Assembly: GCA_047495785.1 (NCBI GenBank)
Contig: JBLDXI010000050.1
Coordinates: forward strand, 1 to 64,000
From: Lepidodermella squamata
Lineage: Eukaryota > Animalia > Gastrotricha
Direction of reading: 5' to 3'
Length of the DNA stretch: 64,000 nt
Numbering within the stretch: the stretch's first letter is position 1; every line of letters begins with the position of its first letter. Below are positions 1-12,700 of the stretch, piece by piece. The position numbers and the translations under genes were made by a program. Under the pieces are notes generated by a model. It had not been told where the DNA came from, did no database searches, and worked only from the letters and a program-made list of their open reading frames with translations.

Positions 1-3000
1 CCATCTCGTGAGAGTGGGATGAGCTGCGGGATGTGCGGGATGCACAGCGGGATGAACTGCGGGAGGTGCGGGAACGAAGTGCGGGATGAGGCATCCCGCA
101 CCTTCCCGCAGTCGATGCGGATGCAAAGTTAAAACCTGATTCTGGGCTACTGTCAGCGCGAGTAGGATCGTGACAACGAACATCACTCGATCTGGCTTGT
201 TTGCTTGCATCAGGAAAGCAGCTAATTCCAAGAAAGTGAGAACCAGACAAGGACCAATGATGTTGAGAAGGTAGTAGTTGGGCCTCCTCCTAAAGCTTAG
301 CGAGAAAACAGCCACGCTGACTTTGCTTCCAATGGTCGGAGCAGACAACAATTTGATTTCCCATTTCGTTTCCTTAGGCAGAATCTCCCACTGGGCAACT
401 GGCGACAGAGCATCAGGCGTTATCATATTCAGCTCGGAGAATGCAGTAAGATTGACAGAGCGATGGATGCCCAAACTTGATCTGCACGTCTGCGTATCGA
501 ACGGGAACTTTCGAAGGTCCATTTCACAGGTTGACATGTACACACCCACTCTCGACCAGTAGAACTGCATGTTCAGATAAGTTTCATCGAATGGCTTGAT
601 TATGAAGACAAAATCGTCCCCGAGTTGGCTGTTGACCATGTAGACGTTATCAGGGCTTGATCTGAATGTGAGAGGGGGCAGCCAGTAGTCTTCTTTACTG
701 CCCACAAACACTCGAGAAGGACCGTCAACGTCACTGGGATATCCTCCTTTTTTGCAAGTCGAAACGTTCCAATGCAGCTGAATTATACCCGACAAAGTGA
801 TTGTCTCAGCAACTTCGTCGATCTTGAAAAATTGGTCGACTACGAAAATTGCTGAGACGTCAGTTGCACTGCCGTTGTTGGCGGAGCGCTTCTGTCAGCC
901 GAGAAGTCGTGGCATGAGCTCTTCGCAATGTCCGAGTCTCGAATTTTCGCGTAGCAGTTTCTTTGGCTAGCTGGGGCATCGCAGCTTCTGCCTTCTGCTC
1001 CACAGAGAGTGTCTGCGGTGGTGGGGCAGGGGTGGTCGTAGTAGTTGTTGGAGCGGTTGTTGTTTCGATACTCGAGTCGTGGTTGGAGCTAAAGTTGTAT
1101 TAACAGCACGAGTCGTTGTTTGCATTGGTGACGTAACAGCAATCGAACGTGTCGTAGTATTTGCAACTTGCCCTTAAAAAAATGCAATATTGGCTGTTGG
1201 CCTTGTGGTTGGAATAGTCGATGCAATAACAGTCGTGGTCAAGGTCTTTGAAGTTGTACTAGTCTGAATGGACGAAGTTGAAGTTGCAACGCTCGAAGTT
1301 GTGCTTGTTGTTGAGATGTTCAGTTTTACTGGAAATTAACAAGTGAATCATACAATTTTATGCAATTTTCAAACGGAACTCATTTTCAATTTGACATAGA
1401 ATCCGCTAAGTTGACTTTGCGAGCCGCCTCTTGGATGGTAGAAAACTTGCAATTCCCGACTTCTGTCAGCATTTGAGAGGTTTGACATTAATTGCTCGGT
1501 TGTTTTCGCGTCCGATGCTGAATCTGTGTAAAGTAGGATAGAAACTCTTCCCCTGTATCATAATTTATTGGATGCAAAGCAAGAATTCGTGCTCTTTCAT
1601 TCGAAACCGAGTAATTGAGTACCGCATATCTGTAAGGGGACGCGATATAGGGAATACGTATCAAGGTATGCAAACTTACTGAAGTAACCGATCGTCTGGT
1701 ATTTTGATCCTCCACGTGCATATTCTGCTCATTTTATCGACGAGTGGCGTGGCTTTAACACCAATTATTGCTTCATCGAATGTCCAGTCGATAGTTGTCA
1801 AGGGATTGCAGTAACTGGGGATCTCAGGAAACACTTCAGACCCGAGCGCTGACTGAGAACCTTCGGGACTAACTTGCTCGAAATAGATTTCGAGATGCAC
1901 ATAGCATGTGGTTTCATTTGTGTTGAACGTGATAAGCACCGCGGGGCTTTTGCTGGGTGAAAGATATCGTATTATCAGGTCCCATCTCGCTAGTGCTGAA
2001 GAGCCCGAGGCTGGGGGCAACGCCAGAGTAGCCTGCGTCGAGAAATTCCGTGCGACTAAGCGTTACCCAGATACCTTTTTTCCCATCGCCATCTACCATG
2101 TCAACATATAATTTTGAAAATTTCAGGGCCTTTCCAGAATCAGCGAAGATTCTCCACTGAAGTTGCGCAAGATATCCAAACCATTCAATGTCGATGACGC
2201 CGTTTGCAAACCTCTGATTGTTGAGCTCCGTGAGATGAACCAGTAGTTCGATGTGATTCGGTTATCGGCTGTATACTGGCATGATGGGCCGAAGGTCTTA
2301 TCTGGGCACCTGCAAGAGAATCCGTTGATACATTGCCCCGGGCCACACTGCGGCGAGCATTGACCTAGCCGGACGACTTGAAAAAGAACAAATGTTCACT
2401 CGAAATACTACGTCAAACATTCACTTACGGCTATCGCAATAATCGCCACTGAAGCCATAATCACAATTGCAGAAGCCAGTGCTGTTACACTTCCCGTAAT
2501 TGACACACCAATCTTTAATATGATATGTATTATCCCGTAATAATACTTATATGTGTTCAGGTCACCTACCGCCTGCGCAATTCGATGGTTGCACGTTCCA
2601 CGAATTATTTTGAAGGCATCGATGCTGGCTGATATTTTGTTGTTGAGCCACACCTGAATTGTATCGTTGAAGTTGGTGTATTTAGGGATATCACTCTCCG
2701 GAATATCCTGCCAATCGTAAGATTTTGCTACGCTTGAACCATTCATGTACTTGTATCTGGCGAGAGCTGTTCGAAATCCAGGGCATGCCGAGAGAGCTGG
2801 AAAAAAATGTATGAAGTACTCAGGTATTTTCTATAATTTTTAAGATCACCTTCGCAGGCTAGCTGCGCCATCGCAACAACGGTGAACAATTTTTTGAACG
2901 ACATTTTCAAATCAAAAATGCGTTCTGACACGCAGGGTAGGCTTAGATGAATCCCAGCTGTAAAACAGGATATTGCAAGTTTCAGAGCTATTTTCGTATT

Positions 3001-3715
3001 TCATAAATGTGTTATTACTACAGGAATAGCCGCAGAGTCAACAGCAATAATAATACCGGAGAAAAACATCCATTTGACCTCGCGAAAAGGACGGGCAAAA
3101 CGGATTCAGAAATCCTTCGCAAACCACGGCAGAAGTCTTGATATCAGGTAGGGAAGAATATTTTCAGATTCCAGTAGCATTTATAGTAGTTTCCGAAGGC
3201 CCTGATCAAGATTTTCAAACCTGCATGTCTCTAGCTATCCCAGTTAAGACTGTTTGAAATGTTGTCGATATCGCTCTGTCAGCCCGGCTGATTTCAGGCG
3301 ATTTGTTGAGCATCAAGCACCCTGATTTCTAAGAATAATAATCTTTAGAAATAGGACTTTCTGATTTTAAATTACTCAATTAGTCCCACTAAGGTCCCTA
3401 AATTCTCTTGTGACTGCAAACACGGACAAGAGCCGGTCTGAAAAATCAGAATTCAGCTTTCCACGCGACAGTTCTGAAGAGTTCTCACTGATTCCCGCTG
3501 ATTCGTACATTTTCAGAGATTTTGGAGCGTGTGTTAGTGGAAAAACTTCAGATTTTTCTCGCTTCGCTCGATTTTTTACCTGAAATGACTTCGGCGAATA
3601 CAGCAACAATTTTTGTCCATCCCTGGCAGCTCCAGAATCCAAGATCGCACCCTGCTTTAAATGCTAAAGCTTTTAGGGTTAATAAACATGATCCCTGGCC
3701 TAGTTCATGAACTTC
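1..3715. repeat. Inverted duplicate of about 8935-12630 (continues beyond window start)
   Basis: Reverse complement matches 8935-12630 almost base for base (ORFs 2743-2931 and 9720-9908 are identical; 278-562 matches 12087-12371). Breakpoint at ctagttcatgaacttc (3700-3715) / gaagttcatgaactag (8935-8950). Differences seen are almost all 1-nt indels. Confidence 0.95.
136..2904 (-). CDS. Inverted copy of the type-1 EGF/CUB-fused Cys-loop channel gene, interrupted after M2 by the same TIR element; many 1-nt indels
   Basis: ATG 2904 (MSFKKLFTVVAMAQLACE), same exons as 9747-12513; TIR end tgcaaagtta at 122-131. Frameshifts may be sequencing errors. Confidence 0.8.
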
Positions 3716-4071
3716 GAAAACAAGATTTTTCTCCCTTTCCAGCCGCCCTCTGATCAAGCTGATATTGCTCTGTTTTTGTGAACATCGGTTTGTTCGGAAA
3801 TTGAAGAAAGAGGCTAATAATAGCATGAGTAAATAATCCGGAAAGGTTCATGAAAATTTCAAAATTCGACAACAATTTTAATTATAAGCGAAATCAGCCG
3901 CGCTGTATCTCACTTCAGTCATTCACTGATCAAGCAGATAATTGCAAAAATTCTGTGAGCATCGGTTTGCTCGGAAACGGAAAAGCGACGATAAAAAATA
4001 GCATGGATTAACAATATCCGTGGAGTTTCATGCCAGTTTCACGGATGCGCGGGTCTCACACTTGGTCGATC

Positions 4072-7000
4072 ATGCGGTTTCGAAGTAACGGTAACCATCC
4101 TTGTGACTTTGCAGCTAGCCTTCGAAGGTAGACTGTCAAATTTTTCAAATTGTACTCTCAAGATTGATTCACCATTTCCAGGGCCAATCAGCATGCCCTG
4201 GATTAAGAACTGTACCCGGGCAGTACCAATACATGAATGGTTCGAGCGAGGCGACGTCCTACGTTTGGATAAACGCAGCCGAGGAAGACGTTGTGAAGTC
4301 GAAAAACTTCAATGACACGATTCGAGTGTTGCTGAACAATCAAGTCGTCAGCACACATCGATGCCAGAGCAATGGTACATGGACGTACCGCCGAGAGATT
4401 GCATACCTGGCGGTAAGAGCTTTCCCTATAAGCATTTTGTTAGAAGTTACTCGCAGTAACTTAACATAGAAAGAGCTTAATACTCATTAATATGCGAAAC
4501 TATTTTCAAGATAATTTCTCTTTTAGAATCGTGTCCCAATTCCGGAATTTGCGATGGCAGTGGTATGTGCAAATGCCGTTTTGGGTTTTCAAGGCGCATA
4601 TTGCGATAGCTGTAAGTGGAATTGCTTTAAAGTAATACAATTCATGCAATTTTCGAATTAAGCTGCGTCCTTTACTTTGTGCATCGCTTCTTGTGGCAAG
4701 GTTGACTGCCTAAGTAGTTTCGTCTGTCAATGCCTTGGTAATACATTCGGCCCAGCCTGTAAACATGAAGCGGAAAAACGATTCAGCAACGCTTTTTGGT
4801 ACATCGCACCGTGGACTACAATTCGTGGCGTTCAAAGTGGTGTACTCAAAATTCATCCTTCGGAAACAATTCCCTTAACCAATGGCGAATTTTCGCAGAT
4901 GCTGGGAAGGTTCTGAGGTTTTCAAAGATGTACTTGGTAGCAGTTAAGAGAGTGGGGATCAAATTACAGAAGATGAGGTTCGTATCGAATTTTACGAGGC
5001 TAGCTACACTGTCTCCTCTGGCTATGAAGACGTTTTGCTTCGTTCAAGGCCAGCGATCTTGGACCTGGGAATGACGCTAACATCACCAGCGTAGGCTCTT
5101 CAGTTCTCGTTTGGATCACCACAAGTGTGAATTCAGTTTACTCCCGTTACGAAATTTTTTTCGAACAAGTGGATGCCGAAGTTCCAACCCCTCCAAGTGC
5201 AAAGAAAGTCCCGGATATCTATGAAGCCTGTAACGCCTTGGTAACTATCGATTGGCCCTTCGATGAAACGATCATCGGCGTCGAACCGACAACTCTTGTC
5301 AATAAATTCTCTAACAAATGTACTTGGCGCTTTAAAATTCCAGACGGGAGTTCACTCGAGTAATTCGATTTTCTATCCCGTTTTCAAGATTAATATCTTA
5401 AATTTTTCAGGTATGCTTTGCTTAACTACACGGCCAAGGGTGATAACGGTTTTTACCTGGAAATGAATACGATAAACTACGACACTGGCAACGTTTTCAC
5501 ATGGATCTCATCAAATGACATCAAGAACAGCGAGAGGATGCTACCAGGGAAGATGATGGCCGTTAATTTTGTGAATTCCCATCGCGAGTTTCATGTCTTC
5601 TACACGTCAAGAGGCAGCAACTCGGAAAAAACAAATGGATTCTACATCAAGCTGAAAATGAGTTTCGTTATGCTTTTTTATGTTGCTTATTGATTATCTT
5701 CCATCCAAAGCATCGAGCACTACAACGGTTGCGAATTCAAGCACAACAACGACGAGTCTTGCTTCGCTGAAGAGTGACGTATCGAGTACTACAACATCAT
5801 TGACAGCGGTTGTGAGTTCAAGCTCTTCAACGACGAGTTTCGGGTCGCCGAAAAGTAAAGTATCGATTACTACGACAGCGATTTTGGATTCAAGCTTCAC
5901 AACAAAGGACCTCGCGCTGATGACGAGTAATGCAAGAAATTCACAGAATAACGAAGCGACGGGAAGCAATCAAGGTTCATCATCCCGACAGATGTCATTC
6001 GCTGAGAAAGTTGCAGCTGCTTTTCCAACGCTACCCGAGGAAACAGCCACACCCAGGTTGCGGGATTCAGATATTTTGAATGGGAAGTGCCACGACTTCA
6101 CGGCTGACAGGAGCGCTCCGCCCAACAACGGCACTGCAACTGATATCGGGACGATTTTCGTCATTGATCAGTTCTTCGGAATCAAAGAGGTTGATGAGAC
6201 TATTACGATATCGGGAATCATTCAGCTCCGATGGAACGTGACGACGTGCAAGCGAGAAGATATTCCTGTCAAAATAGAAGGGCCGGAACGTGTGTTTGTT
6301 GGCGATATGTCAAAATTTTGGCTGCCTCCGTTAACATTCAGATCAAGCCCAGACAATGTGTACATGATCGACAGCCAACTAGGGGACGATTTCGTATTCG
6401 TTGTCAGGCCTACTGATGACATTTTCCTAAACATGCAGTTCTACTGGTCGAAGATAGGTGTCTTCGAGTCAACCTGCGATATGGACCTTCGAAAGTTTCC
6501 TTTCGATACGCAAACTTGCGAGATCGAGTTCGGCATTCATCGCTCTGTCAATTTGACGGCATTTTCTGAGCTAAAAATCATACCACCAGATGACCTGTCC
6601 CCCGTTGCCCAGTGGCAGATTCTGCCTGAGGAAACAAAATCCAAAATCAAACTGTTGTCTGCTCCGACCATTGGTAGCAAAGTCAGCGTGGCTGTTTTCT
6701 CGCTGACTTTCCGTAGAAGGCCCAACTACTATCTGTTGAACATCATTGGGCCTTGCTTGGTTCTAACATTCTTAGAGCTGGCTGCTTTCCTCATGCAAGC
6801 CAACAAGCCAGATCGAGTGATGTTCGTAGTCACTATCCTGCTGGCTCTTACAGTTGCCCAGAATCAGGTCTTGCAAGATGTCCCGAAAAGTGCAGCGATG
6901 ATCCTTCTGACCGAGTACATCTTCTACATGTCAGTCTACACTGGACTGGTCAGCATGTACAACCTGTTTCTCGGCTATTTCGCGACTGAAATGACGAAAT

Positions 7001-7137
7001 CAGCTAACAAGATGCTGAAATTAGGTCGCCTCCGCATTTCAGTCTTGAGTTCGCTGAATGCAATCGGCTTCGCAATGGCAGTTGCTTTTTTCTTCGGAAT
7101 CAACATGTACGCGATGTATATTCTCAAATACGAATAA
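4072..7137 (+). CDS. Type-1 Cys-loop ligand-gated ion channel subunit with N-terminal Sushi-like/EGF/EGF/CUB-like/CUB-like domains and Ser/Thr stalk (multi-exon; 5' exons carry indels)
   Basis: ORF 5680-7137: FWLPP, Cys-loop CDMDLRKFPFDTQTC, RRRPNYY pre-M1, four hydrophobic helices. Upstream exons are colinear with the paralog at 9747 (MNGSS...NFNDTI, CQCLGNTFGPAC, CTWRFKIPDG, EFHVFY...GFYIKLKM). Short GT-AG introns, e.g. 4128-4181 and 5661-5710. Confidence 0.85.
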
Positions 7138-7525
7138 GGCTGATTGATGAGACTTAAAACCTAATTTTCATAATTGGACTCATTCTATATTCGGTGATAT
7201 CAGCGATGACGAGCTGGCTAATGCCCAGCTCTGAACTTAATTCTCGATCTATTCATGCTATTTCTATGCTATTGTATACTATGTTTCGTCCAAGATTTAA
7301 TATATAATCCTTCTCGAAGAAATAACAGACCTGTATAGAATCGGAAACATTCGAAAATATTATCATCAGTTTGTTATTGGATTCGGACAAAAGTAGGAAA
7401 TATATTGGAGTAAAATTACGTTTTTCATCCACAACATTCAATCAATTGAAGTTACGATATAGAACTTCATATTATCGACGTTGGTTATTGGCTATAGAAG
7501 TAAAGATTCCCGCGCAGAAGTGAGA

Positions 7526-8751
7526 TTAAAATAACATTTCTCTAAAAAGTAAGAAGTCAGGTATGGTAACAGCCAGACAAATGATGACAAAAGCCGCTAT
7601 ATCCAGAGCTCTGATGTAGGTCAACTTAGAGCTGGTAAAGCATCTCCGACACCAGGCGAGATTAGCCACGCCACATGTGACAATCGTGTAGATAGTCAAA
7701 ACGCCGCCAGCGACGAATTTCCACGTAATCAAAACAGAGATGAAGACGACTTCAGAGGATTCTGGGGTCAGCGATGTGATCGCACTCAGAGTCATTGAAT
7801 TCGCTAGGACAGCTGTTATGTTTATCGCAGATCTAGGAAAATAATCAATAACAATTCGAGATTAAGTACTTCTAAATAGATTTCTTACCTATTAGGGTCA
7901 CTTGGGTCGATGATTAGGGCGATCATTTGAATGAAGAATAGCGTGAAAGGTGGTATGAAAATTAAAGGCACGTAGTAGATCGCGCGGCGTTGCAGCGTTA
8001 CATTGTAATTAATTTGGTCGTAAGATGAATGTCTACCAGTTCTTAGATAATCATTAACCTGCACGATTGAGACGAATTGCCAAACTTCAGCGCTGCTGAG
8101 GAACTTCGGAGTCACATCATAAGGTTGCATAGTGAAGTTGACGTCGCTTGTCAAGTGGCTTGATACAAATTTCAGACCGCAAGAAAACTTGTCAAAAGGA
8201 AATTTACTAAGCGAAACGTCCATACAGCTGGATACAAAGTTGCCGATTGCAATGATTGACGCAGCGAAGACTCGATTTTTGCTCGTCACTTTGATCCAAT
8301 CACTCTTCGTTGCCATGACATTAGGCTCGCCGTTAGCTGTGTTCTCATGTAAGACTTTCGGGTACCAAATTGGCCGGTCCTCCGGGCGGCCAACTGGTAA
8401 GTTCAAGGTGATTTGGTCTTTCCTGCATACGATTTTAGATTGGTTGTCAGCTAGCATCGAGCAGTCGACTGGCTTCTCGCAATTGTAACGCCAATCGAAT
8501 TGAAGCGCGCCGAAAATTGTCATCGTTCGTTCTACGTCATTGATGTCAACGAGCCGGAGGAAAGTGAACGACGCATTTACAGCCAAAGGTTGCGGATTAG
8601 GGCAGCGTAATCTCACGTCGACGGGTAGATCGGGTGATGTCATGTCGGGGTAGCTGTTCGTTAAATCGTCCCATACCTGAGAGATAGTTGGCTTTGTTGA
8701 GGCACAAACTGGGGCAAACAGAAATAGAATAAAAGCTAGTCGAAATTTCAT
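7526..8751 (-). CDS. Type-2 compact Cys-loop ligand-gated ion channel subunit (2 exons: 8751-7889, 7832-7526)
   Basis: Signal peptide MKFRLAFILFLFAPVCAS; LVDINDVERTMT, IWYP, CMDVSLSKFPFDKFSC, LQRRAIYY, M1; 56-nt intron 7833-7888 joins DPNR/SAINITAVL (M2), then M3 and M4. Reading frame is intact. Confidence 0.92.
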
Positions 8752-9746
8752 TGCAAAATGCGGAATTGAAGCACTGGAAAAAATTAGGGTTGATTGAAGC
8801 AGCGATGAGCACAGCGGAAGTTGGCAATTTTTCAAATATTTACTCGTGAGCGAAATCATTCAGTGAGGCCATCATTTTCTGTAAAACTCGAAGCCGGAAA
8901 TCCGACAGAACCTCTCCTCTGGGATTCGGAATTAGAAGTTCATGAACTAGGCCAGGGATCATGTTTATTAACCCTAAAAGCTTTAGCATTTAAAGCAGGG
9001 TGCGATCTTGGATTCTGGAGCTGCCAGGGATGGACAAAAATTTGTTGCTGTATTCGCCGAAGTCATTTCAGGTAAAAAATCGAGCGAAGCGAGAAAATCT
9101 GAAGTTTTTCCACTAACACACGCTCCAAAATCTCTGAAAATGTACGAATCAGCGGGAATCAGTGAGAACTCTTCAGAACTGTCGCGTGGAAAGCTGAATT
9201 CTGATTTTTCAGACCGGCTCTTGTCCGTGTTTGCAGTCACAAGAGAATTTAGGGACCTTAGTGGGACTAATTGAGTAATTTAAAATCAGAAAGTCCTATT
9301 TCTAAAGATTATTATTCTTAGAAATCAGGGTGCTTGATGCTCAACAAATCGCCTGAAATCAGCCGGGCTGACAGAGCGATATCGACAACATTTCAAACAG
9401 TCTTAACTGGGATAGCTAGAGACATGCAGGTTTGAAAATCTTGATCAGGGCCTTCGGAAACTACTATAAATGCTACTGGAATCTGAAAATATTCTTCCCT
9501 ACCTGATATCAAGACTTCTGCCGTGGTTTGCGAAGGATTTTCTGAATCCGTTTTGCCCGTCCTTTTCGCGAGGTCAAATGGATGTTTTTCTCCGGTATTA
9601 TTATTGCTGTTGACTCTGCGGCTATTCCTGTAGTAATAACACATTTATGAAATACGAAAATAGCTCTGAAACTTGCAATATCCTGTTTTACAGCTGGGAT
9701 TCATCTAAGCCTACCCTGCGTGTCAGAACGCATTTTTGATTTGAAA

Positions 9747-12700
9747 ATGTCGTTCAAAAAATTGTTCACCGTTGTTGCGATGGCGCAGCTAGCCTGCGAA
9801 GGTGATCTTAAAAATTATAGAAAATACCTGAGTACTTCATACATTTTTTTCCAGCTCTCTCGGCATGCCCTGGATTTCGAACAGCTCTCGCCAGATACAA
9901 GTACATGAATGGTTCAAGCGTAGCAAAATCTTACGATTGGCAGGATATTCCGGAGAGTGATATCCCTAAATACACCAACTTCAACGATACAATTCAGGTG
10001 TGGCTCAACAACAAAAATATCAGCCAGCATCGATGCCTTCAAAATAATTCGTGGAACGTGCAACCATCGAATTGCGCAGGCGGTAGGTGACCTGAACACA
10101 TATAAGTATTATTACGGATAATACATATCATATTAAAGATTGGTGTGTCAATTACGGGAAGTGTAACAGCACTGGCTTCTGCAATTGTGATTATGGCTTC
10201 AGTGGCGATTATTGCGATAGCCGTAAGTGAATGTTTGACGTAGTATTTCGAGTGAACATTTGTTCTTTTTCAAGTCGGTCCGGCTAGTCAATGCTCGCCG
10301 CAGTGTGGCCCGGGGCAATGTATCAACGGATTCTCTTGCAGGTGCCCAGATAAGACCTTCGGCCCATCATGCCAGTATACAGCCGATAACCGAATCACAT
10401 CGAACTACTGGTTCATCTCACGGAGCTCAACAATCAGAGGTTTGCAAAACGGCGTCATCGACATTGAATGGTTTGGATATCTTGCGCAACTTCAGTGGAG
10501 AATCTTCGCTGATTCTGGAAAGGCCCTGAAATTTTCAAAATTATATGTTGTCATGGTAGATGGCGATGGGAAAAAGGTATCTGGTAACGCTAGTCGCACG
10601 GAATTTCTCGACGCAGGCTACTCTGGCGTTGCCCCCAGCCTCGGGCTCTTCAGCACTAGCGAGATGGGACCTGATAATACGATATCTTTCACCAGCAAAA
10701 GCCCCGCGGTGCTTATCACGTTCAACACAAATGAAACCACATGCTATGTGCATCTCGAAATCTATTTCGAGCAAGTTAGTCCCGAAGGTTCTCAGTCAGC
10801 GCTCGGTTCTGAAGTGTTTCCTGAGATCCCCAGTTACTGCAATCCCTTGACAACTATCGACTGGACATTCGATGAAGCAATAATTGGTGTTAAAGCCACG
10901 CCACTCGTCGATAAAATGAGCAGAATATGCACGTGGAGGATCAAAATACCAGACGATCGGTTACTTCAGTAAGTTTGCATACCTTGATACGTATTCCCTA
11001 TATCGCGTCCCCTTACAGATATGCGGTACTCAATTACTCGGTTTCGAATGAAAGAGCACGAATTCTTGCTTTGCATCCAATAAATTATGATACAGGGGAA
11101 GAGTTTCTATCCTACTTTTACACAGATTCAGCATCGGACGCGAAAACAACCGAGCAATTAATGTCAAACCTCTCAAATGCTGACAGAAGTCGGGAATTGC
11201 AAGTTTTCTACCATCCAAGAGGCGGCTCGCAAAGTCAACTTAGCGGATTCTATGTCAAATTGAAAATGAGTTCCGTTTGAAAATTGCATAAAATTGTATG
11301 ATTCACTTGTTAATTTCCAGTAAAACTGAACATCTCAACAACAAGCACAACTTCGAGCGTTGCAACTTCAACTTCGTCCATTCAGACTAGTACAACTTCA
11401 AAGACCTTGACCACGACTGTTATTGCATCGACTATTCCAACCACAAGGCCAACAGCCAATATTGCATTTTTTAAGGCAGTTGCAAATACTACGACACGTT
11501 CGATTGCTGTTACGTCACCAATGCAAACAACGACTCGTGCTGTTAATACAACTTTAGCTCCAACCACGACTCGAGTAATCGAAACAACAACCGCTCCAAC
11601 AACTACTACGACCACCCCTGCCCCACCACCGCAGACACTCTCTGTGGAGCAGAAGGCAGAAGCTGCGATGCCCCAGCTAGCCAAAGAAACTGCTACGCCG
11701 AAAATTCGAGACTCGGACATTGCGAAGAGCTCATGCCACGACTTCTCGGCTGACAGAAGCGCTCCGCCCAACAACGGCAGTGCAACTGACGTCTCAGCAA
11801 TTTTCGTAGTCGACCAATTTTTCAAGATCGACGAAGTTGCTGAGACAATCACTTTGTCGGGTATAATTCAGCTGCATTGGAACGTTTCGACTTGCAAAAA
11901 GGAGGATATCCCAGTTGACGTTGACGGTCCTTCTCGAGTGTTTGTGGGCAGTAAAGAAGACTACTGGCTGCCCCCTCTCACATTCAGATCAAGCCCTGAT
12001 AACGTCTACATGGTCAACAGCCAACTCGGGGACGATTTTGTCTTCATAATCAAGCCATTCGATGAAACTTATCTGAACATGCAGTTCTACTGGTCGAGAG
12101 TGGGTGTGTACATGTCAACCTGTGAAATGGACCTTCGAAAGTTCCCGTTCGATACGCAGACGTGCCAGATCAAGTTTGGCATCCATCGCTCTGTCAATCT
12201 TACTGCATTCTCCGAGCTGAATATGATAACGCCTGATGCTCTGTCGCCAGTTGCCCAGTGGGAGATTCTGCCTAAGGAAACGAAATGGGAAATCAAATTG
12301 TTGTCTGCTCCGACCATTGGAAGCAAAGTCAGCGTGGCTGTTTTCTCGCTAAGCTTTAGGAGGAGGCCCAACTACTACCTTCTCAACATCATTGGTCCTT
12401 GTCTGGTTCTCACTTTCTTGGAATTAGCTGCTTTCCTGATGCAAGCAAACAAGCCAGATCGAGTGATGTTCGTTGTCACGATCCTACTCGCGCTGACAGT
12501 AGCCCAGAATCAGGTTTTAACTTTGCATCCCGCATCGACTGCGGGAAGGTGCGGGATGCCTCATCCCGCACTTCGTCCCGCACCTCCCGCAGTTCATCCC
12601 GCTGTGCATCCCGCACATCCCGCAGCTCATCCCGCAGCTCATCCCGCACATCCCGCAGCTCATCCGGCACCTCATCCCGCACATCCCGCAACTCAGGGTG

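Noticed and set aside
4072-5100. Pseudogenisation of the ectodomain exons of the 4072 gene
   Set aside because: Disruptions seen are 1-nt indels like those between the inverted arms, consistent with unpolished reads; cannot be called without raw data.
5680-8751. Assigning nAChR or 5-HT3 gene symbols
   Set aside because: Binding-site residues are absent and the sequences are too divergent for an orthology call by eye.
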